64,000 bases of DNA from contig OZ243951.1 of the NCBI GenBank assembly GCA_965214565.1, positions 2,579,166 to 2,643,165 of the forward strand. The letters are read 5' to 3'. The translations under genes were made by a program, and so were the position numbers. The notes under the pieces are model-generated. The model did not search any database. It was given only the letters and a program-made list of their open reading frames with translations, and was not told where the DNA came from. The DNA comes from Candidatus Aldehydirespiratoraceae bacterium. GTDB taxonomy: Bacteria; Actinomycetota; Acidimicrobiia; Acidimicrobiales; Aldehydirespiratoraceae. Below, one piece after another: positions 32,059-40,692 of the stretch (within the stretch, counting starts at the first letter, position 1; every line of letters begins with the position of its first letter).

Positions 32059-32661
32059 ATGAGCGGACTGCCCAGGCGGACTCTGGACCAGGCGCAAGTG
32101 GTCGAGTGCGCCTCTTCTCTGGCAGACAGCGAGGGCTTCGACGCGGTCACACTCACTCGCGTTGCTGACGAACTCGGTGTTCGTCAACCAGCGCTGTATC
32201 GCCATGTCGAAGGGTATGACGACCTCGTGAAACAACTGGCTCTGAGAGGTCGCGAGAAACTCGCCCGTTCGCTGACCGAGGCAGCCGTCGGTGTGTCGGG
32301 CCCCGAGGCCGTCGTAGCAATCGGGCGGGCCTGGCGGGAGGTCGTGAGGACTCATCCTGGCCTGTATGCCGCAACCGACCGACATCCCTGCGCGGGCGAT
32401 GTTGAATTGGAGGAGGCGGTGGAGAGGATCGTGGGGGTCATTGCGCGGTCTTTGGGGAGCTTCAGCATCGACGAAGCTGAGCGTGTTCATGTGGCGCGCG
32501 GGTTGCGGAGTTCTTTCCACGGGTTCTCTCATCTTGAGTCTGGTGACGGGCATCCACACGAACACGACCTTGATGACACGTTCGATCATCTGCTGGAGCT
32601 CTTGATCGCCGGGATCCGCCATCTGGAGCGGGATTCTGCGCTAGATAGTCTTGCGGACTAG
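32059..32661 (+). CDS. TetR/AcrR-family transcriptional regulator
   Basis: N-terminal HTH (LADSEGFDAVTLTRVADELGVRQPALYRHVEGYDDLVKQLA). Confidence 0.9.
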   Translation: MSGLPRRTLDQAQVVECASSLADSEGFDAVTLTRVADELGVRQPALYRHVEGYDDLVKQLALRGREKLARSLTEAAVGVSGPEAVVAIGRAWREVVRTHPGLYAATDRHPCAGDVELEEAVERIVGVIARSLGSFSIDEAERVHVARGLRSSFHGFSHLESGDGHPHEHDLDDTFDHLLELLIAGIRHLERDSALDSLAD

Positions 32662-32712
32662 TTATAGGCTCTTACAACCGTTTCGGAATGTAGTCGGAAT
32701 GTAGGAGGAAGC

Positions 32713-34479
32713 ATGACCCGGATGACCCCCAGCGAAGCGTTCGTCGAAACCATGGTTGCCAATGGTGTGACCACCGTCTTCGGGATCATGGGCAGCGCGT
32801 TCATGGACGCCATGGACATTTTCGAGCCCGCAGGCATCGAGTTGGTACCTGTGGTCCACGAACAGGGTGCCGCCCACATGGCCGACGGCTACGCCCGGGT
32901 CAGTGGTCGCCATGGAGTCGTCATCGGCCAGAACGGCCCCGGCATCTCCAACTGTGTGACGGCAATCGCGGCCGCCTTCTGGGCACACAGCCCCGTGGTC
33001 ATCGTCACCCCCGAAGCCGGGACGATGGGAATGGGCCTCGGCGGTTTCCAAGAAGCCAACCAGCTGCCGATGTTCGAGGAGTTCACCAAGTATCAGGGCC
33101 ACATCAACAACGAGAATCGCATGGCCGAGATCACTGCCCGCTGCTTCGACCGGGCGCTGTCGGAAATGGGTCCGACACAACTCAACATTCCCCGTGACCG
33201 CTTCTACGGCGACATCAACGTGGATATCCCGACCCCGATGCGCCTGGACCGGGGCCCCGGTGGTGAGCGAACGCTGAACGAAGCGGCGGACCTGTTGGCC
33301 CAAGCCCAGTTCCCGGTCATCGTCAGCGGGGGCGGCGTCGTGATGGGTGACGGCATGGCCGAGACGATCGCCCTGGCCGAGAGACTCGGCGCCCCGGTCC
33401 TCAACAGCTACCTGCACAACGATTCGTTCCCCGCCGGCCATCCGCAGTGGTGCGGCCCACTGGGCTATCAGGGCTCGAAAGCCGCGATGAAACTGATCGC
33501 GCGGGCTGATGTGGTGCTGGCGCTCGGCACCCGCCTGGGGCCGTTCGGTACCCTTCCCCAGCATGGTCTCGACTACTGGCCGGCCGATGCGAGGATCATT
33601 CAGGTAGACGCCGACTCGAAGATGCTCGGGCTGGTCAAGAAGATCGATGTCGGAATCTGCGGCGATGCCGGTGCCGCCGCGGCCGCTCTGACCTCGCGGT
33701 TGGCGCAGCGCACGCTGGTAGCGGACGGCAACCGCGTCGAACGGGAGTCCACGATGCGCGCTGAGAAGTCAGCCTGGGAGGCCGAACTAGACGACTGGAC
33801 CGAGGAGACCGACGACTTCAGCATCGACATGATCAAGGAGGCAGCAGCCGAGGAGGGTAGTTGGCTGCACCCCCGCCAGGCCCTGCGCGAACTGGAGAAG
33901 GCGATGCCGGCTCGGGTGATGGTGTCCACCGACATCGGCAACATCAACTCGGTATCCAACAGTTACCTGCGTTTCGAGGAGCCCCGGTCATTCTTCGCGG
34001 CCATGAGCTGGGGCAACTGCGGTTATGCGCTGCCCACCATCATCGGCGCCAAGAAGGCTGCCGACGACCGTCCCGCGGTGGCGTACGCCGGTGACGGTGC
34101 CTGGGCAATGAGCATGGTCGAGGTGATGACCGCGGTGCGCCACGACATTCCCGTCACAGCAGTCGTGTTCCACAACCGCCAATGGGGAGCAGAGAAGAAG
34201 AACCAGGTCGACTTCTACGGTCGCCGGTTCGTGGCCGGGGAACTCGAAGGTGGCGAGAACTACGCCCACATCGCCGACGCGATGGGGGCGACAGGTGTTC
34301 GTGTTGACCAGCTTGATGACGTCGGGCCGGCGCTGGAGCGGGCGATCGACGATCAGATGACGAAACGGCAGACCACGGTGATTGAGGTCATGACCACCAA
34401 GGAACTCGGCGACCCCTTCCGCAAGGACGCCCTGAGTCGCCCGGTCCGCCACCTGGAGAAGTACGCCGATTACACCTAG
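32713..34479 (+). CDS. xsc: sulfoacetaldehyde acetyltransferase
   Basis: ThDP enzyme; MTPSEAFVETMVANGVTTVFGIMGSAFMDAMDIFEPAGI...GISNCVTAIAAAFWAHSPVV...; co-located with tpa, tauABC and pta. Confidence 0.93.
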   Translation: MTRMTPSEAFVETMVANGVTTVFGIMGSAFMDAMDIFEPAGIELVPVVHEQGAAHMADGYARVSGRHGVVIGQNGPGISNCVTAIAAAFWAHSPVVIVTPEAGTMGMGLGGFQEANQLPMFEEFTKYQGHINNENRMAEITARCFDRALSEMGPTQLNIPRDRFYGDINVDIPTPMRLDRGPGGERTLNEAADLLAQAQFPVIVSGGGVVMGDGMAETIALAERLGAPVLNSYLHNDSFPAGHPQWCGPLGYQGSKAAMKLIARADVVLALGTRLGPFGTLPQHGLDYWPADARIIQVDADSKMLGLVKKIDVGICGDAGAAAAALTSRLAQRTLVADGNRVERESTMRAEKSAWEAELDDWTEETDDFSIDMIKEAAAEEGSWLHPRQALRELEKAMPARVMVSTDIGNINSVSNSYLRFEEPRSFFAAMSWGNCGYALPTIIGAKKAADDRPAVAYAGDGAWAMSMVEVMTAVRHDIPVTAVVFHNRQWGAEKKNQVDFYGRRFVAGELEGGENYAHIADAMGATGVRVDQLDDVGPALERAIDDQMTKRQTTVIEVMTTKELGDPFRKDALSRPVRHLEKYADYT

Positions 34480-34547
34480 CTTGCTGGCCAGTACCGAGCT
34501 TTGCTGCTACGGCGCGGCTGAGTGGTCGGCACTGCTTGTAGGTCGGG

Positions 34548-35075
34548 TCAGGTCGGTTGCGCGGGGCCGGTGAGTGAACTCAACAGGGCGTCGATTGCCT
34601 GGTCGGCGATGGCCACCATCTCGTCGTCGGTGCGGTCCTGGATGGGGTGCTCGGTCAGGACGTGGGCTATGTCACCCCCGAGGCTCCTGCTCTGCTGCTC
34701 CGCACCGTCGGCGAACTCGACGGTGGCGACGAACACTCCCGGAATGCCCCTGCGTTCAAGATCGTTGATGTCGTGCACACTGCACGTCGTGCAGGAACCT
34801 CAATCGGCGAGCGCTTCGATCACCGCGTCGCACGACACAGCGATCTCATGGCGCAGGTCGACAGGGGCCGGCTTGGTGAAGGTCGGCTTCTTGTAGCGCT
34901 TCACCTCGGCACCCAGCTCGGTCAGCTTCTTCTGAACTCGATCGAGAAATATGTCTCCGCGGGGTTTGGAGATGTCGAGCAGTCCGACCGTGAGCCCGTT
35001 GAGAGACTCGGGTCTGGCGACACGCTCACGTTTCTCAGGCCGCAATTCAGCTGTGGGATCCAGTACAACAGTCAT
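34548..35075 (-). CDS. UGSC-family selenoprotein (UGA at 34800-34802 read as selenocysteine)
   Basis: ORFs 34800..35075 and 34548..34778 share one frame, separated by one TGA; readthrough gives ...CDAVIEALAD-U-GSCTTCSVHDINDLERRGIPGVFVATVEF...; 175 aa, Sec at codon 92. Confidence 0.85.
34772..34786 (-). promoter_or_regulatory. candidate bacterial SECIS hairpin downstream of the in-frame UGA
   Basis: RNA CGUGCA-GUG-UGCACG (6-bp stem, GUG loop), loop starts 19 nt after the UGA; a mutually exclusive CUGCAC-GAC-GUGCAG hairpin lies closer to the UGA. Confidence 0.6.
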
Positions 35076-36520
35076 CGAGTGATCTCCTTTGTGACGGTCA
35101 CGCTACCGGTTGCGCCCGAAACCCAGCCGGCGATGGTGGTGGAGAACAGGCCTGCTCGGCTGCCTCCATGCACGACATGGATGCCTCCGGGCGGGAATTT
35201 CGGCAGTTGGTGGCCCGCCAGGAACGCGGGCATTCCCTCCTCGATTCCGTCGGCGCCTGCGACTATGTCGTCACCGTCGATCATCAGCAGCGCTTCGAGT
35301 TCTGCCAGAAAGCGGGCCCTGTCCCAACCGGCATCTCGATACCGGGCCATATGTTCGGGACTCATCACGATCACGGTCTCCATCTGCATCACCATCCTCG
35401 GGCTGACGTTGACGCACAGCATCTCGGCGAAGTGCCTGGTGAGCGATTCGGCCGAGCGGGACTTCTGATCAAACATCAGTCTGGGGCCCTCTCCTGGAAA
35501 CAGGGTGACGGTCGAAGCGGATCGATCAAAGCCGCGAGACTCGGCGTACGTGTCGAATGCGCTGCCCTCCTCGTCCTCGGCGAAGCACAACCCGATCTTC
35601 GAGGGACTGCCCTGGGTTGCACGGTCGACGCCTCCCGGTCTTCCACCACCGACGTTGCGGATGACCAACTGCAGGGCCCGACCGATCGTGGAGTTGGCGC
35701 GGTTGCCCTGGCCGAGCAGGTTTGTGCCGCTGTTCATGCCGATCTCGGCCCGGACGGGTCCGTTGACGATGAGGATCGGCCCGACCGGCATGGTTGTGGC
35801 CAACAGTCCGTGCATGTTGAACTCGTCGGTACAGGCGGCCGCGACCGCGGTCAGCACGACAGGCAGGTATTCGGGCCTGCATCCGGCCATCACCGCGTTG
35901 ATGGCGACCTTCTCGACGGAGCACTCCACGAGATCTGGCGGGACGACGGCCACAATCTCGTCGGGGGCGCGGCTCGTGCCCTCGAGCATCCGCAGAACCC
36001 GCGCCTCGGTGGGTGGCACAACGGGCATTCCGTCGGTGAATCCGCGGTCGAACATGGCTTCGATGTCGTCTTCGAGTGAGGCCAGTTCGAGCCGGCGACT
36101 CTTGAGTCTCGAACCCGAGAAACGCACGGCGAGTTCGTCGCTGAGGTTGGGATCGACGCTGAGGGAACCGCACCCCGGTCTGAAGTCGGGAAGGTCGGTT
36201 CCGAGGTGCTCGAGTCCGCTGAACTCCTCCCACTGTTGGCGGGACCAGCCGACAATGCGGTCGGCTTCGGAACCGTTGTCGACTCGCAGCAGTGTGGGGA
36301 CCGTCTCGATCTGGTTGTGCCATGACATCGCCAGGTCTTCGTCGTGGACGACCCACGGCGCGGCTTGAGGGAAGTTGGGGTCGTCCTGGGTGACGACTGT
36401 GATGTCGGCGCGTTCAGCCATGTCGGTGAGGACTGGGGCCACCAGTACACATGTGGGGCAGTCCTTCTTGACTACGGCTACGAGACCGTCTGGGAGTGGA
36501 GCGGACTGCGGACTGGTCAC
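35072..36520 (-). CDS. thioredoxin-like (KDCPTC) N-terminal domain fused to a large uncharacterised domain; co-translated with the UGSC selenoprotein
   Basis: LVAVVKKDCPTCVLVAPVLTDMAERADITVVTQDD...; TGA stop overlaps the selenoprotein ATG (ATGA). Confidence 0.8.
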   Translation of the reverse strand: MTSPQSAPLPDGLVAVVKKDCPTCVLVAPVLTDMAERADITVVTQDDPNFPQAAPWVVHDEDLAMSWHNQIETVPTLLRVDNGSEADRIVGWSRQQWEEFSGLEHLGTDLPDFRPGCGSLSVDPNLSDELAVRFSGSRLKSRRLELASLEDDIEAMFDRGFTDGMPVVPPTEARVLRMLEGTSRAPDEIVAVVPPDLVECSVEKVAINAVMAGCRPEYLPVVLTAVAAACTDEFNMHGLLATTMPVGPILIVNGPVRAEIGMNSGTNLLGQGNRANSTIGRALQLVIRNVGGGRPGGVDRATQGSPSKIGLCFAEDEEGSAFDTYAESRGFDRSASTVTLFPGEGPRLMFDQKSRSAESLTRHFAEMLCVNVSPRMVMQMETVIVMSPEHMARYRDAGWDRARFLAELEALLMIDGDDIVAGADGIEEGMPAFLAGHQLPKFPPGGIHVVHGGSRAGLFSTTIAGWVSGATGSVTVTKEITR

Positions 36521-36624
36521 CCGTCAACTGTGGCACAAGAAGAAGTTGGCGGTCACGCTGACAGAAGCGACATCTGTCACACTCGGTGTGCGAGGCCTGT
36601 CGGCTCGCGTACGGTGAAAAAGCA

Positions 36625-37530
36625 ATGGGGGATAAGCAAGAGACTGTGGTCGTGTCGTTCCACGGCGTTCGCGGTTCGACGCCGTGCAGTTGCCCCACGG
36701 TGCAGCGCTACGGAGGGAATACCAGTTGCGTTTCGGTGGAAACCACCGATCACGACCCGATCGTTCTGGACCTGGGAACGGGCCTGCGCCCGTGGGGTTG
36801 TGCGATGTCACCCCAGAACGGGTTGACACTGCATGCGTTGGTCACGCATCTTCACTGGGACCACATCCAGGGTCTGCCGTTCTTTGCACCGCTGCTCTGT
36901 GCGGACACCACGCTGAACATCTATGGGCCCACTGAACATCCAGAGTCGCTGGCGGAGGCGTTCGGTCGGTTCATCGCTCCGCCGTTCTTCCCGATCCGTA
37001 CCGCAGAACTTCCGGCTACGATCAATTTCCACGAGGTCAGCAGCAGCGACTTCGTGCTGGGCCTCGCCTCGGTGATGGCGAGACCGGTGCCCCATGTCGG
37101 CAACACCAACGGGTACCGGCTCAATCTGCATGGCTTCTCGATCGCTTATATTCCCGATCACCAGGAGCCGATCCACGATCCGGGACATGTCGATGAATCC
37201 GTTCTTGAACTGTGCGACGGTGCCGACCTGTTGATTCACGACGGGCAACTGTGGCCCGAAGAACTTGCGCTGAAGCAGGCTTGGGGCCACTGCACGCCCG
37301 AGTACGCACTCGAGGTCGCCCGCCAGGCCGGGGTCGACACACTGGCGTTGTTTCATCACGACCCCTCTCACGACGACGCCTCAGTCGACGAGATGGTGCA
37401 GCGTTTGGGCGAACGGGGAGCGGAAGCAGGCGTGAGCACTGTGCTGGCGGCCAAAGAGGGCACGAGCCTGACATTCTCCGTGGCGAACAAGCCTTTCGCC
37501 AGCCTGCGCGAGCAGTCCGTTCGGCCGTAG
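36625..37530 (+). CDS. MBL-fold metallo-hydrolase
   Basis: VSFHGVRGSTPCSCPTVQRYGGNTSCV; LVTHLHWDHIQGLPFF; ORF extends to 36586, ATG 36625 preferred. Confidence 0.88.
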   Translation: MGDKQETVVVSFHGVRGSTPCSCPTVQRYGGNTSCVSVETTDHDPIVLDLGTGLRPWGCAMSPQNGLTLHALVTHLHWDHIQGLPFFAPLLCADTTLNIYGPTEHPESLAEAFGRFIAPPFFPIRTAELPATINFHEVSSSDFVLGLASVMARPVPHVGNTNGYRLNLHGFSIAYIPDHQEPIHDPGHVDESVLELCDGADLLIHDGQLWPEELALKQAWGHCTPEYALEVARQAGVDTLALFHHDPSHDDASVDEMVQRLGERGAEAGVSTVLAAKEGTSLTFSVANKPFASLREQSVRP

Positions 37531-37541
37531 AAGGGAACCGG

Positions 37542-38045
37542 ATGTCTATTGACTCAAGTGAGTTCCGACGGGTGCTCGGACACTTCCCCACCGGGGTGAC
37601 AGTGGTGACCGCCCCGACCGAGCAGGGTCCTGTCGGTATGGCGATCGGGTCTTTCGCGAGCGTCTCGCTGGATCCTCCGCTGGTGATGTTCTGTCCGGGC
37701 AAGGAATCGGCGACCTGGGCGAAGATGGCCGGGACGGACCGTTTCTGTGTGAACGTGCTCGGCGAAGACCAAGCGGATGTGTGCGGGGTGTTCGCCAGCA
37801 AGGCCGATGACAAGTTTGCTGGGGTCGAATGGAGCACCAGAGTCACCGGCTCCCCGGTTCTCGGCGGCTCGATTGCGTGGATCGACTGCGAGGTCCATGC
37901 CATACACGACGGCGGCGACCACGACATCGTCGTAGGTCTGGTCAAGGGACTCTCGACCGAGAGCGGCTCCGAAGACGAACCGGGGAACAGCAGGGGCCCC
38001 CTGCTGTTCTACCGTGGTGGCTACGGCCGTTTCGAGCGGATCTAA
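37542..38045 (+). CDS. flavin reductase family protein
   Basis: FRRVLGHFPTGVTVVTA...GMAIGSFASVSLDPPLVMFC...RFCVNVLGEDQ. Confidence 0.9.
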   Translation: MSIDSSEFRRVLGHFPTGVTVVTAPTEQGPVGMAIGSFASVSLDPPLVMFCPGKESATWAKMAGTDRFCVNVLGEDQADVCGVFASKADDKFAGVEWSTRVTGSPVLGGSIAWIDCEVHAIHDGGDHDIVVGLVKGLSTESGSEDEPGNSRGPLLFYRGGYGRFERI

Positions 38046-38563
38046 TGCCGATTTACGCTCTCGGTGACCGCATCCCGGAAATCGACGCTGACGCCTACGT
38101 CCATCCGGATGCGACCCTCATCGGCAGCGTGATCCTCGGCCCGCAGAGTTCTGTTTGGCCCAACGCGGTGATCCGCGCCGATGACAACGTGATCAGTATC
38201 GGACGGGGCTCGTCGATCCAGGACGGCGCGGTGCTGCATTGCACTGAGGTGCATTCCACGGTCATCGGCGACTATGTGACGATCGGCCACCTGGCTCATC
38301 TCGAGGGCTGCCAGATCCTGGAACGTTCGCTGGTCGGCAGCGGTTCGGTGATTCTGCACGATGCGGTTGTCGGGCCCGAGGCGCTCATCGGAGCGTCCGC
38401 GATGGTTCCAGCCAAGATGGTCGTGCCCGCCTTGGCGATGGCGCTGGGGGTGCCGGCTAGAATCCGCGAGAACGCACTCACTGAGGGAGCCAACAGCCTC
38501 AACGTAGAGAGTTACATCCGCCGTGCTCGCTACTACCCTTCTCAACTGCGCCGAATCGATTGA
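38045..38563 (+). CDS. gamma-carbonic anhydrase family protein
   Basis: Left-handed beta-helix hexapeptides; SSVWPNAVIRADDNVISIGRGSSIQDGAVLHC; VTIGHLAHLEGC. Confidence 0.9.
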   Translation: MPIYALGDRIPEIDADAYVHPDATLIGSVILGPQSSVWPNAVIRADDNVISIGRGSSIQDGAVLHCTEVHSTVIGDYVTIGHLAHLEGCQILERSLVGSGSVILHDAVVGPEALIGASAMVPAKMVVPALAMALGVPARIRENALTEGANSLNVESYIRRARYYPSQLRRID

Positions 38564-38657
38564 CTCAGCAGCGCAGAAACCGTAGACGTTCGGCCTCTTA
38601 TTTGTTACTATCCAGATAGGAGAAATATGTCGAGCAGCGCCTCTAGGAGTGATCACG

Positions 38658-40079
38658 ATGACATCCACTGAGATTGGGACATCCACAGACATCGGCGTCG
38701 ACCTCGGCAAGTACCAACTGGGTTGGAGCGACGAGGAAGACTACGTCTTCAAGCCCCAGAAAGGGCTCAACGAGGAGATCCTCCGCGAGATGTCGTGGCT
38801 CAAGGGCGAGCCTCAGTGGATGCTCGACTTCCGCCTGAAGTCGTACCGGCGATTCGGCAACCGCCCGATGCCCCACTGGGGCGGCGACATGTCCGACATC
38901 GACTTCGACAACATCTACTACTACATCAAACCCACCGAAGAACTTAGCGACGACTGGGACGACGTCCCCGAGTCCATCAAGAACACCTACGAGAAGCTCG
39001 GCATCCCCGAGGCTGAGCGGAAATATCTCGCCGGGGTTACCGCCCAGTACGAATCCGAGGTCGTATACCACCGCAACCGTGAAGACCTCGAAGCACAGGG
39101 TGTGCTGTTCTCCGACATGGACACGGCGCTGCGCGAGTACCCCGACATGGTCAAACGGTACTTCGGCAAGGTCATCCCTCCCAACGACAACAAGTTCTCT
39201 GCGCTCAACAGCTCCGCCTGGTCGGGAGGCTCGTTCATCTACGTGCCCCCCGGCGTCGAGGTCGAGATGCCGTTGCAGGCCTACTTCCGGATCAACGCCG
39301 AGAACATGGGCCAGTTCGAGCGCACCCTGATCATCGCTGACGAGGGTTCCAAGGTGCACTACATCGAGGGCTGCTCAGCACCGACCTACACGTCCGACTC
39401 ACTGCATTCAGCAGTTGTCGAGATCATCGTGAAACCGTCGGCGCGGGTGACCTACACCACCATCCAGAACTGGTCCGACAACGTGTTCAACCTGGTCACC
39501 AAACGTGCCTACGTGGAAGCTGAAGGGCACATGGAGTGGATCGACGGCAACATCGGCTCGAAACTGACCATGAAGTACCCGGCGGTTGTGCTCGCCGGCC
39601 CCAAAGCCTCCGGTGAGGTGCTCTCTGTTGCGTATGCCGGGCCGAACCAACATCAGGACACCGGTGCCAAGATGACTCACGTGGCACCTGAGACGACCTC
39701 CAAGATCGTCTCGAAGTCGATATCAAAGGACGGTGGCCGCACCTCGTATCGAGGTTTGGTGCGGGTTGAGGACGATGCGTACGGCTGCAAGAGCCATGTC
39801 CAGTGCGACGCCCTGATCCTCGATGAGGATTCCGTCTCCGACACCTACCCTTACATGGAGGTCGGTTCGGGCGATGCCGTCATCGGCCATGAGGCCACGG
39901 TGAGCCGGGTCGCCGACGAGCAACTGTTCTATCTGCAGAGTCGCGGCCTGACAGAGGAGCAGGCGATGGGCATGATCGTCAACGGCTTCATCGAGCCGGT
40001 CACCCGCACTCTGCCGATGGAGTACGCAGTCGAATGGAGCCGCTTGATCGAACTGCAGATGGAGGGAAGCGTCGGCTGA
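38658..40079 (+). CDS. sufB: Fe-S cluster assembly protein SufB
   Basis: [16 protein letters not shown]; [52 protein letters not shown]. Confidence 0.97.
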   Translation: MTSTEIGTSTDIGVDLGKYQLGWSDEEDYVFKPQKGLNEEILREMSWLKGEPQWMLDFRLKSYRRFGNRPMPHWGGDMSDIDFDNIYYYIKPTEELSDDWDDVPESIKNTYEKLGIPEAERKYLAGVTAQYESEVVYHRNREDLEAQGVLFSDMDTALREYPDMVKRYFGKVIPPNDNKFSALNSSAWSGGSFIYVPPGVEVEMPLQAYFRINAENMGQFERTLIIADEGSKVHYIEGCSAPTYTSDSLHSAVVEIIVKPSARVTYTTIQNWSDNVFNLVTKRAYVEAEGHMEWIDGNIGSKLTMKYPAVVLAGPKASGEVLSVAYAGPNQHQDTGAKMTHVAPETTSKIVSKSISKDGGRTSYRGLVRVEDDAYGCKSHVQCDALILDEDSVSDTYPYMEVGSGDAVIGHEATVSRVADEQLFYLQSRGLTEEQAMGMIVNGFIEPVTRTLPMEYAVEWSRLIELQMEGSVG

Positions 40080-40182
40080 CGCTCTGCAGGTTGACCCCTG
40101 CTGATCCACCCCTGCCGGTTCGCTCGACAGATCAGTCAATCGGGTTAGTGACGCAGCGAGATCACTGCGCGACAATAGGGGC

Positions 40183-40539
40183 ATGCCGATGCGCCAGGAC
40201 TGCAAGTACTTTGAATCCCGCACGTATGCCAACGGCGACACCGTTCGCAAGTGCGACCTCGACCTTGCTCCCGAAGCACCTTGGCGCTGTCCTGACGAAT
40301 GCCCGAAATACACCCGCCGTATGGCGGATGTGAATTGGAGCCACGGATCGCTGATCACGCCGGTCACGCCGGCAGAACCTTCGAGTCTCGGCAGCGACGA
40401 CAGCATCGGTGCGTTGCTCGACGCTGCCGAGGACATCATCAACGAGGCCGCGCCTGAGGTGCTACAGGAGATCGAAGCTGAGCACCAGAGAGCCTCGCGC
40501 CGCGGGTTGGGTCGTTTCCTTCGCCGGCGCCCCCGCTGA
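40183..40539 (+). CDS. small four-cysteine protein between sufB and sufD
   Basis: MPMRQDCKYFESRTYANGDTVRKCDLDLAPEAPWRCPDECPKYTRR...; C-x16-C-x11-C-x3-C. Confidence 0.75.
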   Translation: MPMRQDCKYFESRTYANGDTVRKCDLDLAPEAPWRCPDECPKYTRRMADVNWSHGSLITPVTPAEPSSLGSDDSIGALLDAAEDIINEAAPEVLQEIEAEHQRASRRGLGRFLRRRPR

Positions 40540-40692
40540 GAGGGGCGGCTCACGCCGGGCGTGGCCGGAGCCGCAGTTGGTTCTGGCGGGGGAGAGGGTT
40601 GCGGGGTGAGTGAATCTGGTGCCGCTCGACGGCGGCGGCGGTAGCATTGCCCGTGTTTACCGGCCCTCGGGCCTTCTTCATCGGGCAGGGTC

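Noticed and set aside
32662-33564. 300-aa minus-strand ORF
   Set aside because: Antisense to xsc, which has clear homology.
34800-34802. TGA as an ordinary stop ending a 91-aa protein
   Set aside because: The downstream in-frame sequence begins GSCTTC and continues coherently, matching the UGSC signature; readthrough is the better explanation, though not proven here.
35168-36079. 303-aa plus-strand ORF
   Set aside because: Antisense to the thioredoxin-like fusion gene; no recognisable protein features.
37212-37541. N-terminal extension of the flavin reductase ORF
   Set aside because: Overlaps the MBL-fold gene in another frame; family homology starts at ATG 37542.
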